Below are positions 9,243-18,824 of a DNA stretch of 64,000 bases, in pieces; position 1 is the first letter of the stretch, and each line of letters starts with the position of its first letter. A model generated the notes under the pieces. It was not told the DNA's origin and searched no databases. It saw only the letters and a program-made list of their open reading frames with translations. The DNA is from Berkelbacteria bacterium GW2011_GWE1_39_12 (GTDB lineage: Bacteria; Patescibacteriota; UBA1384; UBA12157), in the NCBI GenBank assembly GCA_001029735.1, contig CP011213.1, forward strand, positions 656,298-720,297. The letters run 5' to 3'. The translations under genes were made by a program, and so were the position numbers.

Positions 9243-11057
9243 ATGGATTTAAGAAACGTTGCGATCATTGCCCATGTCGATCATGGCAAAACTACTTTAG
9301 TTGATGGACTATTGAAACAATCTAAAACCTTTCGTGAAAATGAGGCAGAAATGTCTCAGGTTTTGATTATGGATTCAAATGATCAAGAGCGCGAACGTGG
9401 TATTACCATTTTAGCCAAAAATACTTCTGTTCACTATAAAGATACGAAAATTAATATTATTGACACACCTGGGCATGCTGATTTTGGCGGTGAAGTCGAA
9501 CGAACTCTAAATATGGCTGACGGGGCATTGCTTCTTATCGATGCTCAAGAAGGGCCAATGCCGCAGACTAAGTTTGTTTTAAAAAAAGCTTTGGAAATAG
9601 GTTTGAAATTAATTGTTGTTATTAACAAAATTGATAAGCGTGATGCTCATATTTTAGAAACCATCAATAAAACCTATGACTTATTTTTAGATTTAGCGAC
9701 CGACGATTCTCAATTAGATTTTCCAGTTTTATTTTCCATTAGTCGTGATGGCAAAGCTTGGGATGAATTACCGAAAGATTCTACTGAAGCTGCGGACTTA
9801 ACTCCGATTTTTGATGCGATTATAAAATATATTCCGGCTCCGGAAGCAGAAATAGATAAACCGTTCCAAATGCAGGTTTCAACTTTGGATTGGGACAGTT
9901 TTCAAGGAAAATATGCGATTGGCCGAATTACCCGTGGTATCGCTAAAAAAGGTTTGAGTATTGTTGCCCTAAACACAGATGGCGTCAAAGAAAACAGTAA
10001 GATTGACAAGATGTTTACCAGTGAGGGCTTAAAAAGAATCGAAATCCAAGAGGCTATAGCAGGTGATATCATCGCTATAACAGGTATAGCGTCGGCTAAT
10101 ATTGGTGATACTCTTTGTGATGTTTCAACCCCAGAAGCCTTACCTGCTATTAAAATCGAAGAACCAACCTTAAAAATGGCAATTTCGGCCAATACTTCAC
10201 CATTTGCCGGGAAAGACGGACAGTTTTTAACCGGTCGTCAAATTTTAGATAGAATTAAAAAAGAACTCCAGACTAATGTTTCCCTTCGCTTAGAAGAAAA
10301 TGGCACGGAATTTATCCTCTCCGGTCGTGGTGAATTGCATTTATCGGTTTTTATTGAAACCTTACGACGCGAAGGCTATGAACTTCAAGTTGGTAAACCA
10401 CATGTCATCGAAAAAGTGATCGATGGTGTAAAATCTGAACCAATTGAAGAATTAACTGTTGATGTGGATACGGATAAAGTCGGTGCTGTCACCGCCGAAA
10501 TTGGCCGCCGAAAAGGTATTATGATTTCTCAAGAAGAGGGTAGTGATAAATCTACCAGATTAATTTTTGAAATTTCCACACGCGGTCTATTAGGACTAAG
10601 AAACCAGTTATTGACCATCTCTCGTGGTACGGCAGTTATGAACTCGATGTTTCTTCGCTACGAACCACTTGGTACTCCAATTCCAAAATTACGAAATGGT
10701 GTTTTAATTGCTTCAGAAGCGGGCAAGGCTGTCACTTATGGATTAAATATTGCACAGGGTCGCGGTAGTACCTTTATCCCTCCTCAAACAGAAGTTTACG
10801 CTGGCATGATTATTGGTATGAATAACCGTGATGAAGATATTGAAATTAATGTCACCAAAGAAAAGAAACAGACTAATGTTCGAGCTTCCAGCTCTGATAT
10901 TTCTGTTATCTTAACTCCGCCAATTGTTTTGAGCTTAGAACAAGCTTTGGACTTTTTGGAAGATGACGAATTCTTAGAAGCAACTCCAAAAAATTTGCGA
11001 TTACGCAAAAAAATATTGAATGCAACACTACGAACTAAAGCCAGAAAACAGGCATAG
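9243..11057 (+). CDS. typA: Translational GTPase TypA/BipA
   Basis: AHVDHGKTT, ERERGITI, DTPGHADFGGEVER, GRGELHL; ATG 9243 after GAGGAG. Confidence 0.97.
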   Translation: MDLRNVAIIAHVDHGKTTLVDGLLKQSKTFRENEAEMSQVLIMDSNDQERERGITILAKNTSVHYKDTKINIIDTPGHADFGGEVERTLNMADGALLLIDAQEGPMPQTKFVLKKALEIGLKLIVVINKIDKRDAHILETINKTYDLFLDLATDDSQLDFPVLFSISRDGKAWDELPKDSTEAADLTPIFDAIIKYIPAPEAEIDKPFQMQVSTLDWDSFQGKYAIGRITRGIAKKGLSIVALNTDGVKENSKIDKMFTSEGLKRIEIQEAIAGDIIAITGIASANIGDTLCDVSTPEALPAIKIEEPTLKMAISANTSPFAGKDGQFLTGRQILDRIKKELQTNVSLRLEENGTEFILSGRGELHLSVFIETLRREGYELQVGKPHVIEKVIDGVKSEPIEELTVDVDTDKVGAVTAEIGRRKGIMISQEEGSDKSTRLIFEISTRGLLGLRNQLLTISRGTAVMNSMFLRYEPLGTPIPKLRNGVLIASEAGKAVTYGLNIAQGRGSTFIPPQTEVYAGMIIGMNNRDEDIEINVTKEKKQTNVRASSSDISVILTPPIVLSLEQALDFLEDDEFLEATPKNLRLRKKILNATLRTKARKQA

Positions 11058-11125
11058 ATTAGCAAATAAGCGCTTAGATTGTAAAAGCTCATCATTACTA
11101 TTACAATAGTTAAGGAGGGCTTTTT

Positions 11126-12841
11126 ATGAGACAAAAACTTGTAATCAAAAAATTATTTAAGAACAAATCTTTCATTGTCACAGTTTCGATTTTATTGACC
11201 TTTGTACTCTTGTTGGGAGTAGTTATTTATCGTCAAAGAGCCTCAGCTATAGAGCTTACGACGAGTGCGAGCGTGATGATTTATGGAGCAAAAGGTGATG
11301 GTATAACAGACGACACAGCTGCCATTCAGAAAGCAGTAAACTCTGTGAATTTCGTCTATTTCCCAGGTGGTATTTATAAGGTTAGTTATCCGATCACATT
11401 AAGATCAAATGTTAGAGTCCATGGAGCTAGCGCTTCTAGTACTCACATAAAACAGGCTTTCAACACATCTGATTCAAATAAATCATCTGAAGAAAATATT
11501 TTCGTGGTCAGGGGCAATTATCCGAATTTTATAACAAATGTTACTGTTGATAATTTTACGTTTGATGGTATTGCCGGTACAGATTCTATTATAGGGACGG
11601 CGTTAGATGTGATTGATGGACGCAATATAGTATTCAGTGGCAATACTGTAAATAACATGAATTTATTTTCAAGTGGAGTTCACTACCCAATCAATGTTTG
11701 GGATGGGACTTCCGATCCGGCCAGGACTGCAGGATTAACGAACGATTTACAGCTAAATTACAATATTTCTGTCATTAATAATACTGGTGCTATAACTACA
11801 AAATCTCCTAACCGTGGCTTGGCTATTGGCATCAAGTATTCTAGGACTGTTCAGGTTAGCAATAATCGCCTCACTAATTATAATGAAGGCCTAACGTGGT
11901 GGGGTGGAGATGCAAATCCTTCAAGAGGCGGAAAAGTAGGTAATCCTCGTTGGGTTAAAAATTTAACTATTAAGAATAATAATGTTAAAAATACATGGGC
12001 AGGAATCTGGGGATCAATGGGGGATGGTATTTTGGTAGATTCCAATTATGTGGAAAGATGTGATGATGTTTGCCTTGATGCAGAAGGCAGTAATAATGTA
12101 ACCTTTTCAAATAATCAGGCTAAAAATGCCGGTTATGCCGTCTTAGCCACATGGCATTTTTCAAACAATGTTAATTTTGTTAAAAATACTGTTACACAGG
12201 ACGGCAGTTATTACAAAGGTGATAAAGGTAGAAATCTCTATTCTCATAGTAACGATACCAACCTTGTTGGTAATATAAACATTAAGTTAGAGAGTAATTC
12301 ATTAAACTATACAGGTGCTGATGGCATTGGTTATGTTACAAAATCAGCCTCTAGAACATTTAAAGCCAATCTGAACTATTTGAAAAACGTGGTGTTTAAG
12401 TTTGACCAAAATAATAGCTGTGGGTTCCTATTAACAAGTAATACTTTTGATCTTACAAAAAATATTGGGAACGAATCCGTCATCTACGCTGATAAAGTTT
12501 GGCCAGATGGGGCTTCAGCTATTTGCAATGCAGTCGTTCAAAATAACCAAATAAAATCTTCGGTAAATCAAAGTTCAGCTCTTGCTGGGATTGATATTTC
12601 GGCGACTGGCTATAATACAACTACTGATAATACTATTTCCGGCAACAGTATAGCAGGCTTTGCAAAATCCATTCACATTTATGGTAATAGTGGAAATATT
12701 GGTATAATTGAAAAATTTCATATCTTGAATAATAAAGTTTCTGGTCGGATTGTAGATAACTCACCAAAGGGAAGATCAGTGAACGATTTCTCTGGTAATG
12801 TAGATTTTAGCGGTAAAATAATTACACCCGTTGTACAATAA
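11126..12841 (+). CDS. Secreted or anchored right-handed beta-helix protein (pectate_lyase_3-like N-terminus)
   Basis: N-terminal TM, YGAKGDGITDDTAAIQKA, Asn-rich repeats. Confidence 0.8.
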   Translation: MRQKLVIKKLFKNKSFIVTVSILLTFVLLLGVVIYRQRASAIELTTSASVMIYGAKGDGITDDTAAIQKAVNSVNFVYFPGGIYKVSYPITLRSNVRVHGASASSTHIKQAFNTSDSNKSSEENIFVVRGNYPNFITNVTVDNFTFDGIAGTDSIIGTALDVIDGRNIVFSGNTVNNMNLFSSGVHYPINVWDGTSDPARTAGLTNDLQLNYNISVINNTGAITTKSPNRGLAIGIKYSRTVQVSNNRLTNYNEGLTWWGGDANPSRGGKVGNPRWVKNLTIKNNNVKNTWAGIWGSMGDGILVDSNYVERCDDVCLDAEGSNNVTFSNNQAKNAGYAVLATWHFSNNVNFVKNTVTQDGSYYKGDKGRNLYSHSNDTNLVGNINIKLESNSLNYTGADGIGYVTKSASRTFKANLNYLKNVVFKFDQNNSCGFLLTSNTFDLTKNIGNESVIYADKVWPDGASAICNAVVQNNQIKSSVNQSSALAGIDISATGYNTTTDNTISGNSIAGFAKSIHIYGNSGNIGIIEKFHILNNKVSGRIVDNSPKGRSVNDFSGNVDFSGKIITPVVQ

Positions 12842-12962
12842 ATCAATTTATTTGGGGCCAATAAGAAAGCTATGATCGATAGAAGTGTGATAGCTTGTTC
12901 TTAAAATAACATCAAAAATAATCCGCTCAACATAGGCATTTCAGCTTCATTTTATATATTTG

Positions 12963-14192
12963 TTAAGCTTTTTCAGTTAGCCTCTTAAGTGCCAAAACAT
13001 ACGATGCTTGTCTTAAATCAACATCATATGTATCAGCTGTTTCGTAAACCGCATCAACAGCCGATTTCATTTTAACTTCCAACTTTTTAAAGACTTCTTT
13101 TTTAGTCATTTTTTCTTTGTGAACATTTTGATACCATTCAAAGTAACTAACGGCCACCCCGCCGGCGTTTGCTAATATATCAGGAATAACCAAAACTTCT
13201 TTTTTGGTCAAAATTTCATCCGCTTTAGAAGTTGTTGGACCATTAGCCATTTCTAAAACAATTTTCGCTTTTATTTTATTAACGTTTTCTGTGGTAATCG
13301 CGTTGCCTAGAGCCGCCGGAACGATGATATCGACAGGCAGCTCTAATACCTCAGCCGGACCAATATTTTTAGCGCCCTCGATACATCCTTTTAACTTGCC
13401 ATTTTTTTCTTTGCATTTAAAAAGATCATCAATGTCTTTAATGCCTTCGGGGATATAAATACCACCGTGTTCTTCAGAAATGGCTACGACTTTGTAGCCT
13501 GCTTTTACCAAAAAAACGGCTAAGTAAAGTCCAACATTGCCAAAACCTTGAATAGCAACTGTTAAATTTTCTGGTTTTTTATATAGTTTTTTAACGATTT
13601 CTTGCAAGACGTAATATCCACCCAAACCAGTTGCTTCTGTTCTTCCTTCTGATCCGCCAAAATCAATTGGTTTGCCGGTCACGACTGCTAACTCTTTCTT
13701 ACCGACTACCTTAGAATATTCCTCAACAATCCAGCGCATGATATTAGGATTCGTGTTGACATCGGGTGCCGGCACATCAAGCTTCGGGCCGATTATTGGT
13801 GCAAGTTTTCGTGTAAATTCGCGAGTTAGCTCCTCTAATTCTGTAACTGATAACTTTTTGGGATCAACACAGATACCGCCTTTTGCACCGCCGAAAGGAA
13901 TATCTACAACTGCATTTTTGATTGTCATAAGCGTTGCCAAGGCTTTCACTTCTGTCATATCAACGTGTTGATGATAGCGCAAGCCACCTTTGTACGGGCC
14001 TTTGGTGTTATCATGTTGAACGCGATAACCTTTGAAAACTTTTACTTTTCCATTGTCCAGTTTGATTGGAATAGAAACCTCAATAATACGATCAGGGTTT
14101 AAAATTTTACTTTCCGAAAATGAATCAAGTGGAATTTTGTTGGCTGCGATTTTTAGTTTTAGCTTAGTTCTCTTCCATGGGTTACTCATCAA
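12963..14192 (-). CDS. gdhA: Glu/Leu/Phe/Val (glutamate) dehydrogenase
   Basis: GPYKGGLRY, FGGAKGG, DVPAPDVNT, QGFGNVG, PDILANAGGVAVSYFEW. Confidence 0.93.
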   Translation of the reverse strand: MMSNPWKRTKLKLKIAANKIPLDSFSESKILNPDRIIEVSIPIKLDNGKVKVFKGYRVQHDNTKGPYKGGLRYHQHVDMTEVKALATLMTIKNAVVDIPFGGAKGGICVDPKKLSVTELEELTREFTRKLAPIIGPKLDVPAPDVNTNPNIMRWIVEEYSKVVGKKELAVVTGKPIDFGGSEGRTEATGLGGYYVLQEIVKKLYKKPENLTVAIQGFGNVGLYLAVFLVKAGYKVVAISEEHGGIYIPEGIKDIDDLFKCKEKNGKLKGCIEGAKNIGPAEVLELPVDIIVPAALGNAITTENVNKIKAKIVLEMANGPTTSKADEILTKKEVLVIPDILANAGGVAVSYFEWYQNVHKEKMTKKEVFKKLEVKMKSAVDAVYETADTYDVDLRQASYVLALKRLTEKA

Positions 14193-14205
14193 TCCTCCTG
14201 CTTAG

Positions 14206-14460
14206 TTATAAGCCTAATAATTTATTTATCTTTGACTGATCAAATCCTACCACAATTTCATCATCTATCCAAAGCTGAGGAACACCCATTTGGCCTGACT
14301 TTTCAACCATTTCATCTGCGGCATGGTGATCGATTGAGACATCCTTGTTCTCAAATTCAATGCCTTTTTTGTTTAAGTATTGTTTTGCAATTACACACCA
14401 AGGACAAGTCGGTGTTGAAAAGACTATGACTTTTGACTGCTTTTTTGAAGTTTCTTCCAT
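14206..14460 (-). CDS. Glutaredoxin-like (NrdH/YruB) protein
   Basis: CPWC, GQMGVP. Confidence 0.9.
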   Translation of the reverse strand: MEETSKKQSKVIVFSTPTCPWCVIAKQYLNKKGIEFENKDVSIDHHAADEMVEKSGQMGVPQLWIDDEIVVGFDQSKINKLLGL

Positions 14461-14470
14461 GATACCTTTC

Positions 14471-14752
14471 TTATTTAATTATTTCTTGTAGCTTAATTAT
14501 TTGTTTCACTAACGCGATGCCTTTATCTGTTAAACCATAATTCTTTTTTTGGCCGCAGCGTTTTTCTTCGATAATTTTTCTTTTTTCTAAAATTTTCATA
14601 TGATATGATAGTAAATTTTTAGGGATTCCAATTTGTTCGACTAAGTCGCATCCACAAATATTTTCATTGCACTCAAAAAGCTGCAATAGAATTTTAATTC
14701 TGTTTTCGTTAAATATCGAAGTAATTTCCTGCACATTTATTTTTTTATTCAT
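14471..14752 (-). CDS. ArsR/SmtB family regulator
   Basis: NRIKILLQL, CGCDL, LLSYHMKIL. Confidence 0.85.
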   Translation of the reverse strand: MNKKINVQEITSIFNENRIKILLQLFECNENICGCDLVEQIGIPKNLLSYHMKILEKRKIIEEKRCGQKKNYGLTDKGIALVKQIIKLQEIIK

Positions 14753-14753
14753 T

Positions 14754-14771
14754 GTTCAACCTCTATTGAAC
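14754..14771. promoter_or_regulatory. Palindromic operator (probable ArsR site)
   Basis: GTTCAA-N6-TTGAAC between TTGACA promoter and arsR start. Confidence 0.55.
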
Positions 14772-14805
14772 TATACTGCGTTAGCGCACTTTTTGTCAAG
14801 TGATT

Positions 14806-14841
14806 TTTAAAAACAGCATCTCACCAGATGCTGTTTTTAAA
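14806..14841. terminator. Intrinsic terminator after ABC-F gene
   Basis: AAAAACAGCATCT-CACC-AGATGCTGTTTTT. Confidence 0.75.
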
Positions 14842-14876
14842 TTAGTCCAATATTACCGATGTTCTTAAAATATAAT

Positions 14877-16328
14877 TTAGATTTTTTCTAAATTTAGTTC
14901 TTCGTCAAATTTTATCTGTGAAACAAAATCAGGCATGTGACTAACCATGATCATGGCGCCTTGATATTCATTTACTGCCTTAGCGATGATTGGTAGATGG
15001 CGAAAATTAACGTGGTTAGTAGGCTCATCTAAAACTAAGAGTCCGGGTTGCATTAATACGAGCCGCGCAAAACTTAATAATCCCTTTTGACCTTCTGAAA
15101 GTTCGTTTACTTTGTGCCCCATCAAGTCTCCTCCAATTAGAAAACCGGCGGCAACAGAACGCAAGGTTAAAATGTCAGTATCATCAATTAGGGCACTGGT
15201 AAGAGAATCAAAAACTGTTTGATCAAAATCTAAATTCGAAAAATCTTGACTGTAATAGCCTGCGCGAACTTCGTCTAAAATTTTTGCATTCTCATTTTTA
15301 CCGGAAACTAAAGATCTTAAAAAAGTGCTTTTACCCACGCCATTTGGTCCAGTGACGATTAAATGCATTTTTTTGCGTAATACTAAATCAACGTTTTTTA
15401 TTTGTGGCTCGTGATTGTGAATTACCTTTATGCCATTAATTTCGACAATTTTTCCAACAATATCTTGAACTGGAATCGTAAAATTTCTAATAGTTTTGTC
15501 TTCGCGTCTAATATCAACCATATCTTCTTCTAGCTCAATGGTTTCGTCTTTTAATTTCTTGGCGAGTTTTCTCATTTTCCCGCCCTTGTTGGCAAAAAAG
15601 TTCACTTTTTCCTTGCGGTCGATAATTGTTCTTTTAAGCTGCGCGTTTTTTCGTTGTTCGCGCTCGACTCGTCGAGTAATTTCTTCTACAACTGAATAAT
15701 AATCGCCGACATAGCTTTCGATTTTCTTGGTGAAGATGTCAAGATAGATAACTCCTTCAGTGAAGCAATTTAGGAAGTCGGCGTCATGGGAGATAACAAT
15801 GACAGTCTTTTCGTACATAACTAAAAATTCAATTAAGCGATCGATTCCTGCTTGGTCAAGGTTATTAGTTGGCTCATCTAGAAGTAAAATATCAGATTCT
15901 TGAATTAAAGCAAATGCCAACAAAAGCCTTGCTTGCTGTCCTCCGGACAATTCGCCGACGCGTCTATCGGTCGGTACATCCAAATTCACAGCAGTCATAA
16001 CCTTATAAATTTTGCTTGGTAAATCGTTCGCTGGCTCGTCGAAAGCTTTGGCAAAGTATTCGTTTACTGTTAGAGAAAAATCGTCACGCGCTACAACCTG
16101 GTGAGCGGTCGCGATAGAAGCATGATTTGTAACGGACACTTGGCCTGACTTAGGTTTTAATTCACCCGTAATTAATTTAAAAAGAGAGCTTTTACCCGCA
16201 CCGTTTTGACCCATTAGCGTTATTTTGGCTGATTTTCTCACGCTAAAACTGGCTCCATCTAAAATGGGCTTTTCGTGTTGGTATTCAAAATACACTTCAT
16301 CAAATCTTAAAATTACTTCTTCGGACAT
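14877..16328 (-). CDS. ABC-F family ATPase
   Basis: Two NBDs (GQNGAGKS, GPNGVGKS), DEPTNN/DEPTNH, no TM. Confidence 0.92.
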   Translation of the reverse strand: MSEEVILRFDEVYFEYQHEKPILDGASFSVRKSAKITLMGQNGAGKSSLFKLITGELKPKSGQVSVTNHASIATAHQVVARDDFSLTVNEYFAKAFDEPANDLPSKIYKVMTAVNLDVPTDRRVGELSGGQQARLLLAFALIQESDILLLDEPTNNLDQAGIDRLIEFLVMYEKTVIVISHDADFLNCFTEGVIYLDIFTKKIESYVGDYYSVVEEITRRVEREQRKNAQLKRTIIDRKEKVNFFANKGGKMRKLAKKLKDETIELEEDMVDIRREDKTIRNFTIPVQDIVGKIVEINGIKVIHNHEPQIKNVDLVLRKKMHLIVTGPNGVGKSTFLRSLVSGKNENAKILDEVRAGYYSQDFSNLDFDQTVFDSLTSALIDDTDILTLRSVAAGFLIGGDLMGHKVNELSEGQKGLLSFARLVLMQPGLLVLDEPTNHVNFRHLPIIAKAVNEYQGAMIMVSHMPDFVSQIKFDEELNLEKI

Positions 16329-16382
16329 TTTTTCTCATTAAATTAAAGATAAAAAAAGGCCACAAAGGGGGCCGTTTTTAAT

Positions 16383-16459
16383 TGGCAGCGCGGACGGGAT
16401 TCGAACCCGTGATCTCCTGGATGAAAACCAGGTATCCTAGGCCTCTAGACGACCGCGCC
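16383..16459 (-). tRNA. tRNA-Glu(TTC)
   Basis: Anticodon arm CCTGG-TTTTCAT-CCAGG, CCA end. Confidence 0.96.
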
Positions 16460-16606
16460 ACAAATATTGATAGATACGGCAGTAATACTTTTCATTGTAT
16501 CCTGCGTTAAAAACTGCAATATCACAAATATTGTATCAAATTTTCGCTAACTTGTCTAGGAGCTTGCATTTTATTTGAGTCAGAATACAATAAAAGCGAA
16601 AGGTAG

Positions 16607-16813
16607 GTGTTTGGATTGAGGAAAAGAAAGCATCCAGATGAGTCTAGCTATGGTCAGTTTCAGGCAAAGAACATGATTAATCGCAACACAGGTTTACTAA
16701 AGTCCAGTATTGGCGCATCTACTCTTCATCCTGACACCCCAATTATTACTAGCCATCGGGATGACTTTAGGAAATCATGGCGACAAATTCATCGGGAATC
16801 AAGGATCTTTTAG
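16607..16813 (+). CDS. Small basic hypothetical protein
   Basis: GTG after AAGGTAG; promoter-like upstream; hairpin plus T-run downstream. Confidence 0.35.
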   Translation: MFGLRKRKHPDESSYGQFQAKNMINRNTGLLKSSIGASTLHPDTPIITSHRDDFRKSWRQIHRESRIF

Positions 16814-16973
16814 GCAGGCTCGATAACGTCGGGCCTTTTTACTCTTTAATTTTATCTTAGAAGGTGGTATAATCATTACAGTTAAACGCCTGTAACAATC
16901 TTCTTCATTAGTATTTTGCGCCTGTAGTAAAGTTTCAATTCCTTCGGAATTGGAATAACAAGGCGCACGTAAT

Positions 16974-17050
16974 GCGCCTGTAGCTCAGCGGATTAGAGCG
17001 CCACGCTTCGGACGTGGAGGTCGGGGGTTCGAATCCCTTCGGGCGCGCCA
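16974..17050 (+). tRNA. tRNA-Arg(TCG)
   Basis: Anticodon arm CCACG-CTTCGGA-CGTGG, CCA end. Confidence 0.96.
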
Positions 17051-17090
17051 CAAAATCTTTTTGTTTTAATGTTCTGATTGTGTTATATCA

Positions 17091-17148
17091 GGCTTTCAGC
17101 CAGCGGTCGGGGCATCATGCCTGAAGGCGAATCCCTTCGGGCGCGCCA
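17091..17148 (+). pseudogene. Interrupted 3' copy of tRNA-Arg(TCG)
   Basis: GGTCGGGG-[insert]-CGAATCCCTTCGGGCGCGCCA identical to tRNA 3' end. Confidence 0.85.
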
Positions 17149-17187
17149 ATATTTTAGAACGATGCCTCTTTAAAATATGTGTATTGA

Positions 17188-17259
17188 GGGCCAGTAGCTC
17201 AGTGGTAGAGCGATTGCCTCTTAAGCAATTTGTCGTGAGTTCGATCCTCACCTGGCCCT
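17188..17259 (+). tRNA. tRNA-Lys(CTT), CCA not encoded
   Basis: Anticodon arm ATTGC-CTCTTAA-GCAAT; acceptor GGGCCAG/CTGGCCC. Confidence 0.93.
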
Positions 17260-17282
17260 CAATACAACATATTTTAGAAACT

Positions 17283-17408
17283 AGCAATTTGTCGCGAGTT
17301 CGCCAACGGCGAGTTGGCATTTTGCTCACATGGCCCTCACTGTAAAAGTTAAGCAATTGTCGTGGTTCGCCTGCATATTCGCAGTCGTGCTCCTCACCTG
17401 GCCCTCCA
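17283..17408 (+). pseudogene. Two interrupted 3'-half copies of tRNA-Lys
   Basis: AGCAAT(T)TGTCG..GTTCG-[~21-nt insert]-CTCAC(A/C)TGGCCCTC twice; second ends in CCA. Confidence 0.85.
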
Positions 17409-17413
17409 AAAAA

Positions 17414-17944
17414 TCACCCTTGAGGTGTTTTTTTGTTTGTTTCTGCAAAATTTTTAACCGCCTTTAGTTCTTCTACTCTGATATCGGCCTTACCATGCAA
17501 GGGAAAATGCATGACATAAAGAGCAGTATGGTCGATATCTTTCTGCCAACCAAAGGCAAAATCTTTCAAACCAGAGAATTTTTCGTAGGTTAACCTGCCG
17601 ACAAAGCAGACTACTTTAGGCTTGACTGTTTTAACAATGCTTAATAGCCGCTTTTTTCCTAATAATTCTTCACCCTTTTTTAAGTCAGCGATGTCTCTAC
17701 TGGGACGATCGATCATATTTACAATGCCTAAATGATAAACTTGGTTGAACTTTTTGTCGTAAATTTCCTTTAATTTAGAATCTTCACTGAAATCTTTAAT
17801 TTTTTCGTTTATTACTCCGGCTCTCGCTAAAAGGTACCAGAAAGTTTTGTTGTTAGAGAAGGGGACGCCTCGATTGAAAGATCCAAAATGAGGGTTTATA
17901 CCGACAAAAACTATATTTGAATTTTGATAGTGATATTTAATCAT
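17414..17944 (-). CDS. Mismatch-specific uracil/thymine DNA glycosylase (Mug-like)
   Basis: IVFVGINP..S motif, N.FW.LL, VVCFVG. Confidence 0.8.
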   Translation of the reverse strand: MIKYHYQNSNIVFVGINPHFGSFNRGVPFSNNKTFWYLLARAGVINEKIKDFSEDSKLKEIYDKKFNQVYHLGIVNMIDRPSRDIADLKKGEELLGKKRLLSIVKTVKPKVVCFVGRLTYEKFSGLKDFAFGWQKDIDHTALYVMHFPLHGKADIRVEELKAVKNFAETNKKTPQG

Positions 17945-18029
17945 TAAAAATACTATAGTAAAAATCTCGAGCGCGATCTATGTGTGAGTATTTAAAAAAA
18001 AGCTCAAAACTGATATATTAATAGCAGAG

Positions 18030-18824
18030 ATGAAAAAATATTTAATTTATTTTAAAGTTGGTTTCTTAGATTTATTGGCCTACAAGGCCGATTTTATTAT
18101 TTATATTGTCGTAAATATGGTTTTTTTCTTTGTCTTTTTAGCATTATGGAAAAGTATTTACACTGGTTCCGGAATTACCGAAATAAATAATTATTCCTTA
18201 AACAACACGATCACATATTATTTTATAACCTCGTTTCTTTTTCGCCTTGATCCGACTTTTGCCATGTATTTAAACCAAACAGTTTGGAATGGTAGCTTTA
18301 CAAATGATCTAGTTAAGCCTTGGAATGCGCTTTTTGTTGATTTCATTTACACTCTGAACGAACTTTCCCTTCGAGTTTTACTCTATCTACCTTTTAGCTT
18401 TTTTATTTTTATTGTCTCTTTTCAGTACATCAATATCCCAAGTGGAATCAATTTTATTTATTTTATCATTACGGCATTTTTAGGAATTATTTTGGCTTAT
18501 TGTTTTTACCAAATCATCCATACGCTCTGCTTCCACTTTGGAGATCAAGATAATAATATAAATTTAATAAGTTTCATTGTTGCTTTTTTAGCAGGCGGCA
18601 CTTTTCCATTGGCTTTTTTGCCAGAACAAATCAGATCAATATTTTTGGTTTTACCTTTTAGATTTTTATTCGACACGCCGGCAAATATATTTTTGGGCAA
18701 ATTAGGAAGTCATGAAATCTTTTTTATTTGGTTACAAATGCTTCTTTGGTCGGCGTTATTTTTTGTCGTTTACTATCTAATTTACAAAAGTGGGTTAAAG
18801 AAATATACAGGGACGGGAAGATAA
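18030..18824 (+). CDS. ABC-2 family permease (DUF990 type)
   Basis: Multi-TM, GGTFPLAFLP. Confidence 0.85.
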   Translation: MKKYLIYFKVGFLDLLAYKADFIIYIVVNMVFFFVFLALWKSIYTGSGITEINNYSLNNTITYYFITSFLFRLDPTFAMYLNQTVWNGSFTNDLVKPWNALFVDFIYTLNELSLRVLLYLPFSFFIFIVSFQYINIPSGINFIYFIITAFLGIILAYCFYQIIHTLCFHFGDQDNNINLISFIVAFLAGGTFPLAFLPEQIRSIFLVLPFRFLFDTPANIFLGKLGSHEIFFIWLQMLLWSALFFVVYYLIYKSGLKKYTGTGR

